A stretch of DNA of 64,000 bases from an uncultured Nitrososphaeraceae archaeon (GTDB lineage Archaea; Thermoproteota; Nitrososphaeria; Nitrososphaerales; Nitrososphaeraceae). Each line of letters starts with the position of its first letter. Positions within the stretch are counted from its first letter, which is position 1. A model generated the notes under the pieces. The model was not told the origin of the DNA and made no database searches. It saw only the letters and a program-made list of their open reading frames with translations. The position numbers were made by a program, and so were the translations under genes. The stretch spans positions 416,001 to 480,000 of the forward strand of contig CAVZZA010000003.1 in assembly GCA_963779615.1 (NCBI GenBank), given 5' to 3'. This document shows, in pieces, positions 39,542-50,103 of the stretch.

Positions 39542-39854
39542 TCAGGTTATCACCACACTATATTGATGAATCTGCCTATAATAATGGGTACCTATTGCAT
39601 CTTGGCTTGTTAAATCATTGCAGGATAATCAAGTCCAGCCAAAATTTGGGGTTATGAAGCACATCAGTTCAGAGGGTGAGTGCGTGTTGCATGAGTATTG
39701 TTAATCGTTTTTGTATAAAAAGCGACACTGCCTCTTAATCCAGGGTTTGTTTTTTGCTTGATGCCAGGACAGGTTGTTTTTGTTTTTGACATCTCATGGT
39801 TTCAATTGTTTTTGAAAGGATATCAAAAACAATATGACAAAAAGGGCATATGAA

Positions 39855-40514
39855 TTAGCGAGTATTGTTCAAACTCAAATACTCGCCCAACCCAAATCCC
39901 ATGCATCCACCACGTAATGCCACGTCGATGGGTTCAAGCCCCAGTAACCCAGCAATTTCCACCGCGGCTTTATAATTGCCTTGATTTACTTCATCACAAA
40001 ACAAAGGAATTCGATCTTTCAAATTTGCTGGTGACGGATTGTAATTTTTTTTAGGCTGTTGGGTTTCTGCCGGAACGCCATTACCGTATCCACCACCACC
40101 ATCTGTGTTATTACCTAAATCGGAGATCGTTTTTGGTCCAGGTATAAAAACGTCTTCAGGTGCGTTTTTGGGTCCATTTACTTTCTCAACACAATTGTTT
40201 TTAAAGCATGCTGTAAACTTATCTCCCATCGCTACCCCACCTTCACTGAATTGGAAATTTACAACGCCTTGCCCAATAGAAGTTTTGCATCCAAGGTTTT
40301 CCACGGCAGAGAATGCGCATACTTTCCCCGCACCATCTACATGGACATTTATTTTCAACCCTACTCCAGCCCCATGGATTGTTGGGCTCAAAAGCGGCGG
40401 AGTTATCACCATTGCAAGAAAAACGGATAAAACTGTAAAGAGACCTATTTTATTAGCAATACCACAATTCACCTTATTCATAATAAATTTATAGAAAACC
40501 AATAGTTGAGTCAA
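39855..40514 (-). CDS. Secreted/membrane-anchored Cys-containing hypothetical protein
   Basis: Hydrophobic N-terminal segment, beta-rich domain with paired Cys; start may be 40484. Confidence 0.7.
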   Translation of the reverse strand: MTQLLVFYKFIMNKVNCGIANKIGLFTVLSVFLAMVITPPLLSPTIHGAGVGLKINVHVDGAGKVCAFSAVENLGCKTSIGQGVVNFQFSEGGVAMGDKFTACFKNNCVEKVNGPKNAPEDVFIPGPKTISDLGNNTDGGGGYGNGVPAETQQPKKNYNPSPANLKDRIPLFCDEVNQGNYKAAVEIAGLLGLEPIDVALRGGCMGFGLGEYLSLNNTR

Positions 40515-41114
40515 TATAAAAAGATTAAAGCCCTCCCCCCCCTCCTTCTCTGACCCGTAAAATTTTTAATATTGTTTAGTAGGCAAAGGCATATCACCTT
40601 GGTTAGCAGTTGTGTAGTATATGGCCTAGTTGTGTTTTTAAACAAATTGGGGTTGTTTTCACAAACAAGATGGGTGTGTGGTAATCGTTTATTTGATACC
40701 ATTTTTTAAAAAGCAAATGAAGTAAATTTCTACAAATACCTTACGTTAAACATTACCAATGTATTTGCAGAACTCTTAACACAACCCATCCTAAACACGA
40801 TTTCCGAACTATGACCTTTCAAGATCCATCATGGTGACATAACCCGTAAAGAAACTGCATTATCTGCCTATTGATGCATCCCCTGCAATGAAAAAGATTT
40901 TGCTTGTCATTTTCTTTATGGAGACCTATAGACAATATGATACGCATGCCTAACTCTCCCTCCTTTTGAAAACATGGTGCTCTGGTGTCTTGTTTTGTCC
41001 GGCTTTGCAGGCCTTTTAGCAATAGGGCATTGTCCTTGCCATCTTGAACAAGGCATATGCAAATACATGCAAGTTATCCAGTATCCCTTATATTGCAGGA
41101 TTCATCACTATGAA

Positions 41115-43268
41115 GTGAAAAACGCTACGACCACTCCATCCTATCCTCCTATCAAAGATAAAAGTTCAGAGATTCTCTATGGAGTTGAGAAAGCGGTTGG
41201 GAGAGGAGTCTATTTTATGAATAATGTTAAGGAAAGAATGGATATTTTCTTTGACAAGGCTGCCCCTTCAATAGTAGTAGACATAGCTGAATATCGGGAA
41301 GGGTATATAAATATTCGAAAAAGGGGTGGGAAAATAAGGGCCTTTACAGAAATTACAAATGAAAATGTCGCGCATTGCAAGGAACTTGCCAAACTGGTGG
41401 ATGAACTTAGGCATCTAGATGATGTTAGGGGCGGCATTGCAGTAAGTGAGACAGAGTATATGGCCACGACCGTTTTACAGGAAAATACCCCCCTTACACA
41501 AGTCATCTATAGCAATGTAAAGGAGGTTGTTGAGCAAGGAAAGTATATTTACGAAACATTATGGAAAACAGGCATTCCAGCTGAGCAAAAGATAAAGGAA
41601 ATTGAGGAAGGAACAGAGCCAATAAAAACAGAGGTGTTGGAAAGTGAGGAGGAAATATCAAAAAGGATAACAGAGTTGGCTAAATGGTCTGGCTGTCTGT
41701 CTGTTTGCTCCACAACTGGGGGAATGCAGTTAATTTACAACAATTTCTTTGATGTGTACAAAGACGCCGTGCAAAGGCACAGAAACGGAAAGCATAAAGG
41801 GGTCAGATGGATTACGGCAATAAACAACAACAAGGATATAGAGTTGGCAAAATCTTTTTTGGATGAAGGAATAAACGTACGCCATGTGAAAAGCATACCG
41901 CTCCCCAGTTTTGCCCTAAGCGACAAAATGCTTAACTCCACCATAGAAAAGATGGAGGGAGGAATAATGGTCACTAACCTGCTCAGTAGCAACGACACTC
42001 TATACCTTAACCACTATGGCGCGATTTTTAAGGAGCTGTGGAAAACTGGCATTGATGCAAAATCCCGAATCAGGGATATCGAAGAGGGACACTACATAAA
42101 TGTAGAAATAATGCCAAATCCGAAAGAGTCGATTAAGTTTGTCGCCGAATTAAACAAATCCACCAAAGAAGAGATACTGATCTTGCTATCTTCTGCAATG
42201 GGGTTTATCAGAGTAGAAAGGATTGGAGGCTATAAGGTATTGGATGATTTGGGGCAAAAAGGGACAAAGGTAAAAATCCTGATTCCAGTAGATACAAAGC
42301 ATGTTGATTCGATAAACAAAACAATATCTCAATATCCCCATATTGAATTCAAGATTTTACAATTTTCTCTAACCACAAAGATAGGCATCATGACGTTTGA
42401 CAAACAGAAAACCCTAATTCTTGAAATTAGGAACGACAGTGTACTCGATTTACACGATGCGGTGGGTTTGGCAATATACATAGAGGGCGCATCGACGTCC
42501 ATATCTTATGCCTCCATATTTGAAAGCCTCTGGAGGCAAACAGAGATGTACGAACAGCTCCAAATTCAAGACAAGTTGCAAATAGAGTTTATCAACACAG
42601 CAGCCCATGAGCTGCGGACGCCAATACAGCCAATACTTGGGATAACGGACATTCTTAAGGGCAGTGTAACAGACGACAGACACAAGGAGTTGCTTGATGT
42701 AATTGGCAGAAACGCAAAGAGGCTTAAAAAACTATCTGATGATATTCTGGAGGTGTCAAAAATTGAGGGCAACTCGATGGGCCTAGATAAAGAGCATTTC
42801 AGGATTGTTGAGACAATACTTGACAACATCAACAGCTACAAAAACAACACAGATGGCAAAAGCATAAAGTTTGAGTACGAGTTGGATGGTGATGGCGACG
42901 GTTTGACCGTTTATGGGGACAGGAATGGCATAAGCCAGGTTATCTCAAACCTAATCAGCAACTCCATCAAGTTCATCCCTCAAGATGGCACCATATCCAT
43001 AAAGGCCGAAAGGAAAGTGACCAACAGTGACAATGGAGGTGTTGAAGAAATGGTTGTTGTCAGTGTAAAAGACACGGGCATTGGAATTGATGAAGAGGTT
43101 TTTCCAAGGCTGTTTACAAAGTTTATCACCAAATCCTTTCAGGGGATTGGCCTGGGTTTATTCATATCAAAGAGCATGGTGGAAGCGCATGGTGGAAGCA
43201 TATGGGCAGAGCATAATAGAGACGGCAAGGGCGCGACAGTTAGATTTACCCTACCTATTCGAGGCTGA
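41115..43268 (+). CDS. Cytoplasmic sensor histidine kinase with three repeated N-terminal domains
   Basis: AAHELRTPIQPI H-box, QVISNLISNSIKF N-box, DTGIGID, GIGLGL; repeats ending YETLWK/FKELWK/FESLWR; GTG start chosen (ORF open from 40974). Confidence 0.92.
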   Translation: MKNATTTPSYPPIKDKSSEILYGVEKAVGRGVYFMNNVKERMDIFFDKAAPSIVVDIAEYREGYINIRKRGGKIRAFTEITNENVAHCKELAKLVDELRHLDDVRGGIAVSETEYMATTVLQENTPLTQVIYSNVKEVVEQGKYIYETLWKTGIPAEQKIKEIEEGTEPIKTEVLESEEEISKRITELAKWSGCLSVCSTTGGMQLIYNNFFDVYKDAVQRHRNGKHKGVRWITAINNNKDIELAKSFLDEGINVRHVKSIPLPSFALSDKMLNSTIEKMEGGIMVTNLLSSNDTLYLNHYGAIFKELWKTGIDAKSRIRDIEEGHYINVEIMPNPKESIKFVAELNKSTKEEILILLSSAMGFIRVERIGGYKVLDDLGQKGTKVKILIPVDTKHVDSINKTISQYPHIEFKILQFSLTTKIGIMTFDKQKTLILEIRNDSVLDLHDAVGLAIYIEGASTSISYASIFESLWRQTEMYEQLQIQDKLQIEFINTAAHELRTPIQPILGITDILKGSVTDDRHKELLDVIGRNAKRLKKLSDDILEVSKIEGNSMGLDKEHFRIVETILDNINSYKNNTDGKSIKFEYELDGDGDGLTVYGDRNGISQVISNLISNSIKFIPQDGTISIKAERKVTNSDNGGVEEMVVVSVKDTGIGIDEEVFPRLFTKFITKSFQGIGLGLFISKSMVEAHGGSIWAEHNRDGKGATVRFTLPIRG

Positions 43269-43674
43269 ACCCAACATCAGCATTTTATCGTTAGCGAGGT
43301 TGCTCTAAATCAATAAAAACCAAGATGGATCTTTAATCACGCTATAGTTGCATATTGGATTAGGCAATGCTAAACCATCTTATCCATCTTAATGAACAAT
43401 AAATCACCAGCAAAAAAAACAAATAAATCAAAAAATTGACATTTCGCTTTTTCGCAAAATCACACATGCAAGACAATTAACTCTAGTAATGAAAACGCCT
43501 ATGCTTTTTTTTTGGGTTTTCTGATTCAGCACTTGCAATAACCAAATTACAACAATTAATCACCCAAAGATGATTTTCCTTTATTAAAAAAAAAGTACAA
43601 TGCAGGCGGCTATTCTGCTACAGAACCAACCAAAAACTCAATCAATAAAAGTGGCCTCATGACACTGAGCTTAA

Positions 43675-44967
43675 TTAGCTATCGCCCACTGGAACTATTC
43701 TAAATAGAGTACCCTTATCGTTGGGAAGATTGATTGAAAGAATGTATAGATATCCATCAGCGGGTCCAATTCGCATATCAGTAATTATTCCAAATCCCTT
43801 ACCCCATGTTATGCCTTCATTTTCCAAAGTGTTATTGGCTACTCTATCTGCAAGGGACCCATTGAGTAGTAATTCGGTTCTGTCACCATCATTCAAATCA
43901 AAATGATATATGTGCCCATTATTCGCACCAGCTACAAATAAATCATTCTTGTATTGATTTCCCAACTTATCTGAAGAGAGAAACTTTATTGCTGTAGGGG
44001 CAACAGGGATGCCCCATGTGAACTTTGGCGGAACGTAAACGCCTTTTCCGCTATAGTTTAACAGCAGGCTATCCGGATGGGTGTTTTCCCTGCCCATAGA
44101 ACCCCCCGTAACTTCCCATACCCCCTGTACCTTTGACCATCCGCTGTTGAATCCGGGTTTTACAAGGTTAATTTCATCACCAAATGAGGGTCCGTTTTCT
44201 GTGTCCCAAAGATTTCCGGTTACGGGATCAAAATCCAATCCAAAACTGTTGCGTATACCATACGCATAATATAGTTTCAATTTGGTGCCATTCCCCAAAG
44301 TCCCTTGCAAAGGCTGACCATCTTCTGTAACCCTAAGTATGCCTCCTCTCCCATCAGGTGGTGCCTTTTTTTGAGGCACATTTGAGGCCTGGGTACTCAT
44401 CCAACCAAGTTCGCCAAGTACAACATACACATTGTTGTCAGGTCCAATTTTTATAATGCCCCCATTATGAGCGGGTCCTGGCTTTGATGGCAAATCCAAA
44501 AGGAGTTTCGGGTTAACTAGCTTATTTGACACCAAATCATATCTGTAAAGCCGGTTTCCAAGAGGATCATTTCCGGGTTTGCAATGAGTGGGTGTATCGC
44601 ATCCATCCCCATTATCTGCGCTTTTTGATTCGGTATAGTACAAAAAAACATGCGTAATGTTATTATCACTTTGTGCAACAGCAATCCCCAATAAACCTCT
44701 CTCAAGTGCACTTGATACATTGACATCAAGTAAGGGCTCTGAGAACATTGCCCCATTTACAATCCTGTCAACAATGCCAGTATTTTTCTCCAGGACCAAA
44801 ATGGTATCATTACCTAAAAATTCCATGTTAGAAGGTGTCTTGATGCCCTCAAAAACAGTTTCAACCTTTAAGGAGGGGTCAATAACAGATGGAATGGCAA
44901 AAACAGTTGATGGTGAAATAATTAACAACGACAAAAGCGTCAAAAACGCCACAGGTGGAAAATGCAT
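43675..44967 (-). CDS. PQQ-dependent sugar dehydrogenase (GSDH family), secreted
   Basis: ERGLLGIA, HNGG..KIGPD, YAYGIRNSFGLDFDP, WDTENGP...DEIN; signal peptide. Confidence 0.92.
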   Translation of the reverse strand: MHFPPVAFLTLLSLLIISPSTVFAIPSVIDPSLKVETVFEGIKTPSNMEFLGNDTILVLEKNTGIVDRIVNGAMFSEPLLDVNVSSALERGLLGIAVAQSDNNITHVFLYYTESKSADNGDGCDTPTHCKPGNDPLGNRLYRYDLVSNKLVNPKLLLDLPSKPGPAHNGGIIKIGPDNNVYVVLGELGWMSTQASNVPQKKAPPDGRGGILRVTEDGQPLQGTLGNGTKLKLYYAYGIRNSFGLDFDPVTGNLWDTENGPSFGDEINLVKPGFNSGWSKVQGVWEVTGGSMGRENTHPDSLLLNYSGKGVYVPPKFTWGIPVAPTAIKFLSSDKLGNQYKNDLFVAGANNGHIYHFDLNDGDRTELLLNGSLADRVANNTLENEGITWGKGFGIITDMRIGPADGYLYILSINLPNDKGTLFRIVPVGDS

Positions 44968-45166
44968 TTTCAGTAATCTATAAAATGTTCCTGATAAATA
45001 CCAATAGATTTGCAAAAAAACATTGCAGCGCAAATAATTTGTATACTTGGTGCATTAACCCCTACCAAATTCCTCCACGGTAATGGGAATAAAAATATCC
45101 ATCAACAACCAAAAAATAAAATAATTGGCCATGTCAAGCCATATATCGCATACATGCATCATAATA

Positions 45167-45580
45167 ATGGATAACAAAAATAGTTATGATAAAATCAAAC
45201 ACTTGGTTGAGGTAGACGACGATATTTTCGCTGTTTTTATTGTAGAATCCTCACAAATAAAGGACACACACATTGCAAAAAACGCAGATATTGATGCCTC
45301 TAAAATTGAATTTCTTTTTAAAGTGCTGGATATTGACACCGAAAATAAAAATAATGGAAAAAACAAGGAGATGGAAAAAGGGCATTTTAGCAAGTACAGT
45401 ATTTTAGGTAATGTACAATGGACCATTTCCGAATATGACAAACTAAGAATATTAAAGATTTATGAAGACGATAAAACAATTGTAGTTTTGATGCAGAGCA
45501 ATACAAAACTAGCCCATCATATAGACATTATACTGGGTTATTATTTTGATTCTGACGACGTACCAAAGAGTTTATTCTAA
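45167..45580 (+). CDS. DUF6659-like (roadblock/profilin-like) hypothetical protein
   Basis: DDDIFAVFIV...LGNVQWTISEYDKLRILKI....IVVLM pattern. Confidence 0.55.
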   Translation: MDNKNSYDKIKHLVEVDDDIFAVFIVESSQIKDTHIAKNADIDASKIEFLFKVLDIDTENKNNGKNKEMEKGHFSKYSILGNVQWTISEYDKLRILKIYEDDKTIVVLMQSNTKLAHHIDIILGYYFDSDDVPKSLF

Positions 45581-45711
45581 CAATTAATAAGGTATGATAG
45601 GGTATGAGTGGGAAGAAAACACCTACCTGAAAAAGGCAGATCAACACATACTCTTGATTCATTTTGTTATATTATTATACTGATGGAAATCCACGTATGT
45701 TAAACTAGAAA

Positions 45712-46935
45712 ATGGCTGCAGAATCTGAGTTTGTCCACATAATAATTTCTCTTTCCATTTTGCTATTTACTGCCAAATTGTTTGCTGAGCTTTTTCAGAG
45801 GCTAAAGATGCCTGTTGTCTTAGGCGAGCTTTTAGCTGGGATAGTTGCAGGCCCCTTTGCTTTGGGAGGATTGCCATTATTTAATGGCGGTCCGTTAGTC
45901 GTTTTGGATGAAACAGTCAGGCATATAGGGGAATTGGCAGCTATTGTGATTTTGTTTGTCGCGGGACTAGAAATCACTCCAAGGGAATTCCTCAAAGGGG
46001 GTATTGCGTCATTTACTGTAGGCGCATTAGGAGTAATTGTGCCGTTCTTTGTAGGTTTTATAGTTTTTTCACTTTATGGACTAAAAATTTTTGAAATACT
46101 CTTAATCTCTACAGCATTGACTGCAACAAGCATAGCGATATCCATTCAGGTACTGTCAGAATTGGGAAAGATGAAAACGAAAGAAGCCCGATTAATTTTA
46201 GGAGCTGCAATAGTAGACGACATTCTTGCCATCGCAGTATTGTCAGTTGTGATTACAATGGTCCAAACCGGCAACTCAACACCCGATATTATGGAGATCA
46301 CCTTCCTCATCATAAAAATTTTGGGGCTATTTGCGGCCTTGCTAATTGGCTCGATTTTTTTGGTTCCTCGAATATTGCACCGAGAAAAACTATGGAAATC
46401 TCAAGGGAGCATAGAAGGAATTACAACTGCAATGTTTTTTGCTACAGCGGGTATTGCAGCATATGTTGGATTATCACCCCTGGTAGGGGCATTTGCAGCC
46501 GGGATGGCTGTTGCGAGTTCCAAACTCATCAAACAAATTGAAGAGTATGTTCACCGACTGCAATTTATCTTCGCTCCGTTGTTCTTTGCGATTATAGGGG
46601 CCCAGGTGGATTTAAGAGGAATTAACCTCAATGTACTGCTTCTTACAGGAATAATAATAACAATAGCCATAGTAACAAAACTACTAGGTTGCGGATTACC
46701 ATCAATGGTATTTCTTAAAGACAGGGCACAATCAATGAAGGTAGCGATAGGAATGGTATCAAGAGGAGAAGTGGGATTGATTGTGGCTGGCATAGGTGTG
46801 ACATCTGGGACGCTATCAGCAGATATTTATACATCCATAATCATCATGGTTGCACTTACAACCATTATAACTCCAATATGGCTAAAGAAAGCATATAGCC
46901 AAAGGAAAGATTTACCTTCTGCAACTCCAACCTGA
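45712..46935 (+). CDS. Cation:proton antiporter (CPA2, NapA/KefB type)
   Basis: GELLAGIV.GP, LFVAGLE, ATSIAIS, AAIVDDI, SRGEVGLI. Confidence 0.93.
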   Translation: MAAESEFVHIIISLSILLFTAKLFAELFQRLKMPVVLGELLAGIVAGPFALGGLPLFNGGPLVVLDETVRHIGELAAIVILFVAGLEITPREFLKGGIASFTVGALGVIVPFFVGFIVFSLYGLKIFEILLISTALTATSIAISIQVLSELGKMKTKEARLILGAAIVDDILAIAVLSVVITMVQTGNSTPDIMEITFLIIKILGLFAALLIGSIFLVPRILHREKLWKSQGSIEGITTAMFFATAGIAAYVGLSPLVGAFAAGMAVASSKLIKQIEEYVHRLQFIFAPLFFAIIGAQVDLRGINLNVLLLTGIIITIAIVTKLLGCGLPSMVFLKDRAQSMKVAIGMVSRGEVGLIVAGIGVTSGTLSADIYTSIIIMVALTTIITPIWLKKAYSQRKDLPSATPT

Positions 46936-47126
46936 TATTCCATAAACCAATTTTTCAACATGACAATTAATAAATAGACATGTTAGGCCTTTATAACACT
47001 CATTAATCAAATTTTTAATCATAATTTAAAAAGGCGACAGCATCATTCGTTATGCCGAATATGTCTTTTTGCATCAGCAAAGTTTAAACATATTGGCTCT
47101 TCCAATAACTTTTAAATCTAACAATC

Positions 47127-49052
47127 ATGGTGACTGAAACCCTTGAGCGCTCTGTATTATCCTACATGCACGGACAGTTTGTTATTTTAGATGAAGAAAT
47201 TGACGCTGCAAACGCGGTTAAGCAAATGCATTCAAAAAAAGCCGAAACAATTATCGTCAAAGGAAAAAATGACGAAAAATACTCTGGGATTGTTACTGAT
47301 AGTGATATTTTGGACAAGATAGTGATGAGGGGAGAGGATTCTGACCAAGTGCTGCTAAAAAATGTAATGTCCTCTCCAATCATAACTATTTCAGCAAAAG
47401 CAAATGTAAGGCAGGCCCTGGAGATAATGAGGCTTAATGCAATAAAGCGAGTTCCAGTTACAGACAATGTAAGCATTTTAGGCATCATAACCCAGGAAAG
47501 CTTGGCTACCGCCATCAGAACATCGGTTTTGGAGAGAACCTTTAGAGACTACAGGCTGGTAATTAGAGAGCGCTATAAGCCAATATGGGGTAACCTTGGT
47601 TTTATTCTACAGTTTTCCGGAATACTGTTTATAGCTCCAGCAGTTTTGGCTGCGTTGTTGGGAGAAACAATATCGGCTACCGGGATTTCTCTAGGCATCA
47701 TATCCATGTTTGTAACCGGTTTTGTATTGAATTCTTATGGAGAAAAAACGCCCCTGAATCTAAGGCAAGCATCAATACTCCTGGTTTCGAGTTTTGTACT
47801 GTTAAGTTTCTATGGAAGCATACCCTACATGTACGTTAATCCATTCTATAAAGACATTGACATGCCATCTCTTTTTGTAAACAGTTTCTTTGAAAGCGCT
47901 TCCGGGTTTACTACAACGGGTCTTTCTTTAATATCCCATCCCGAAGACTTGTCAACAAGTTTTGATTTTTATCGCTCCTTTACACAGTGGATAGGCGGTT
48001 TGAGTTTCGTTTATTTAATAATCACCTTCTTTTACCCGGAACGAAAACTAGCCCACATGAAAGGAATGATTAGTGGAGGAATTCTAAAGTTAAAACAGCT
48101 GATAGTAACAATAAGTGTCATCTTTACAGTGTACACAGTAGCTTTGGTTGTCTTGCTGTACTTGTTTGGCGATAATAGCGTAATCCACAATATCGCTCTA
48201 ATATTTAGCACCGTTACAGGCGGCGGGTTTATACCCACCTCTACATCAATACCCGCGGAAAACTCCACACAGTTGTTTATTCTGATGGCAGGCATGATTA
48301 TTTCGGCTCTACCTTTTGCGTTTCATTATGCGCTGTTCAGCAAGGAACTTAAAACTAACAAGATGCGTCCGGAAATTCTTGTTTATTTTGCAATAATGCT
48401 TGTCTCCATCCCTATTTTTTACCTCATGATTGCTTCAACAGACATCCAATCGAAGTTCATGGTGTCGGTGTTTCATGTTGTAAGTGCCTCAACCACCTCT
48501 GGTTTTCAGTTTATCAACATACCCTCATTGCCAGAGGAGGGAAAGATAATGTTAATAATCCTGATGCTGATCGGTGGAACTGCCTTTTCTACAGCGGGAG
48601 GCATAAAAGTGGGCAGAATTCTTCAGATTGCTCAAAAACTAACCAACAAAAAATTATCTGCTGACACCTCTACCAGGTCCATCTCTTCAGCATCATCAAG
48701 GTATAACACATCCTTCAATGCGTACGAACCAAAAACAGAGAAACTAAAAGAAGAAAAAACTTTTAGAGAGGCAATGCTGGTAATAGTGCTGTTTGTTTCA
48801 TTGTCTTTTGTTACAGCCACTGTGCTGAGTTATCTTAACCAAAAGAATTTCCTGGATTCGCTTTTTGAGTCTGTCGCCGCGGTGACAACAACTGGCCTTT
48901 CAACAGGAATTACCTCCTTAAACATGGACATAACATCAAAGATATTTCTTATTGTTAACATGATATCAGGCAGGTTTGAGATTATAGCGATAGTTTACCT
49001 TTTCCTTGAGATATCAAAAAGAAAACACACCCATTTCCCAATTGGGCATTAG
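47127..49052 (+). CDS. trkH: CBS-domain-fused TrkH potassium uptake transporter, copy 2
   Basis: Same motifs as 11236..13143; co-linear over the full length. Confidence 0.92.
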   Translation: MVTETLERSVLSYMHGQFVILDEEIDAANAVKQMHSKKAETIIVKGKNDEKYSGIVTDSDILDKIVMRGEDSDQVLLKNVMSSPIITISAKANVRQALEIMRLNAIKRVPVTDNVSILGIITQESLATAIRTSVLERTFRDYRLVIRERYKPIWGNLGFILQFSGILFIAPAVLAALLGETISATGISLGIISMFVTGFVLNSYGEKTPLNLRQASILLVSSFVLLSFYGSIPYMYVNPFYKDIDMPSLFVNSFFESASGFTTTGLSLISHPEDLSTSFDFYRSFTQWIGGLSFVYLIITFFYPERKLAHMKGMISGGILKLKQLIVTISVIFTVYTVALVVLLYLFGDNSVIHNIALIFSTVTGGGFIPTSTSIPAENSTQLFILMAGMIISALPFAFHYALFSKELKTNKMRPEILVYFAIMLVSIPIFYLMIASTDIQSKFMVSVFHVVSASTTSGFQFINIPSLPEEGKIMLIILMLIGGTAFSTAGGIKVGRILQIAQKLTNKKLSADTSTRSISSASSRYNTSFNAYEPKTEKLKEEKTFREAMLVIVLFVSLSFVTATVLSYLNQKNFLDSLFESVAAVTTTGLSTGITSLNMDITSKIFLIVNMISGRFEIIAIVYLFLEISKRKHTHFPIGH

Positions 49053-49261
49053 ACCGCAGGGTCAAATTGGGTCCAATTTCGTTAAAGGGCGTTATTTAAT
49101 TTTTTACTAATTGTTCAGTAAAGAACCAAAATTTCACTGCACTTATGGTTTATTGAATTAAAGTTATACCCATTTCTTAAGGTAGATAGGTTCTAGAGGA
49201 ACATAGAGTACTAACAGAGCTATTTCAAATATACCATTAAAAGATATTTATTGTTGTAAAT

Positions 49262-49840
49262 ATGAACAACATTAAGCATTTTTTGATAATAGCGGCTATA
49301 GCATCTTTGCTGGTGATGAGCGCAAGTTTGGCTTCTAATCAATCGTACGGAAACAGCAATGATCATCACAACAAAAAAGCAATCTCAAAATCAGAGAAAG
49401 CGGATCAAAATGCGGCTCAGGAGAGCGATTGTCAAAGATCCGAAGACTGCCCTCAGGCAAATCAGGATCAACCGACAAGGGGCAAAGGTAATGACTTGGC
49501 AGGGTTCAATGATGACAGCGATAACCTTCTCCAATCAGAGTCCCCATCAACTTTGTTCTCACCACCAATTCCCGTAACCCCAACAACAAACCCATCTGAC
49601 AACCTGGAAGTCACTGTTATAATCCCAGACGAGGGTGTGTGCAGCGGAGGCTCCATCAAGGTTGGCGTTAGTGCCACAGGTCTGCCAGATTTTCTCTGTG
49701 TCAGTGTTGATGGAACACCAATAACGTCAGCGGATGTTCAACTGGGAGCATCCGGCCAACCATGTCCCACAGGGTCCTCCCCTTCCACTATCCTCATAGG
49801 ACGTGAAACACTGGACCTGTGCGTTAAGGTAACTGTTTAG
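49262..49840 (+). CDS. Secreted protein with the same N-terminal Q/N-Cys module as 9811..10525 but a different Cys-rich C-domain
   Basis: QNAAQESDCQRSEDCPQANQDQPTRGKGNDLAGFNDDS versus QHQDQDNFCYRSDDCEQVNQGQQIVGKDNEAKGFNDQS. Confidence 0.8.
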   Translation: MNNIKHFLIIAAIASLLVMSASLASNQSYGNSNDHHNKKAISKSEKADQNAAQESDCQRSEDCPQANQDQPTRGKGNDLAGFNDDSDNLLQSESPSTLFSPPIPVTPTTNPSDNLEVTVIIPDEGVCSGGSIKVGVSATGLPDFLCVSVDGTPITSADVQLGASGQPCPTGSSPSTILIGRETLDLCVKVTV

Positions 49841-50103
49841 GCCAGTTCAATCAAATGCAAATAAAGGCAATTTATTTCGACGCCACAACACACTATCTTT
49901 TTAACGACTAACGAAGTTTTTTAAATCACACAAATGTTTAGGTGTTGCTTTAACATTCAAACATATGTGAGATGATGTTTAGCATTTTTTGATTTATAAA
50001 TTAACCGGTTATTTAACACTTGTTAAGCAAAACCAATGCATATTTATCAAATGTAAACAAAAGAATACGGAAAGTTTATCTTTGTTATTGTAGTGAAATG
50101 TAA

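Noticed and set aside
40974-41114. N-terminal extensions of ORFs (also 44968-45033, 60171-60350, 5178-5456, 58009-58218)
   Set aside because: Non-protein-like or overlapping neighbours and promoters; downstream starts fit the families better.
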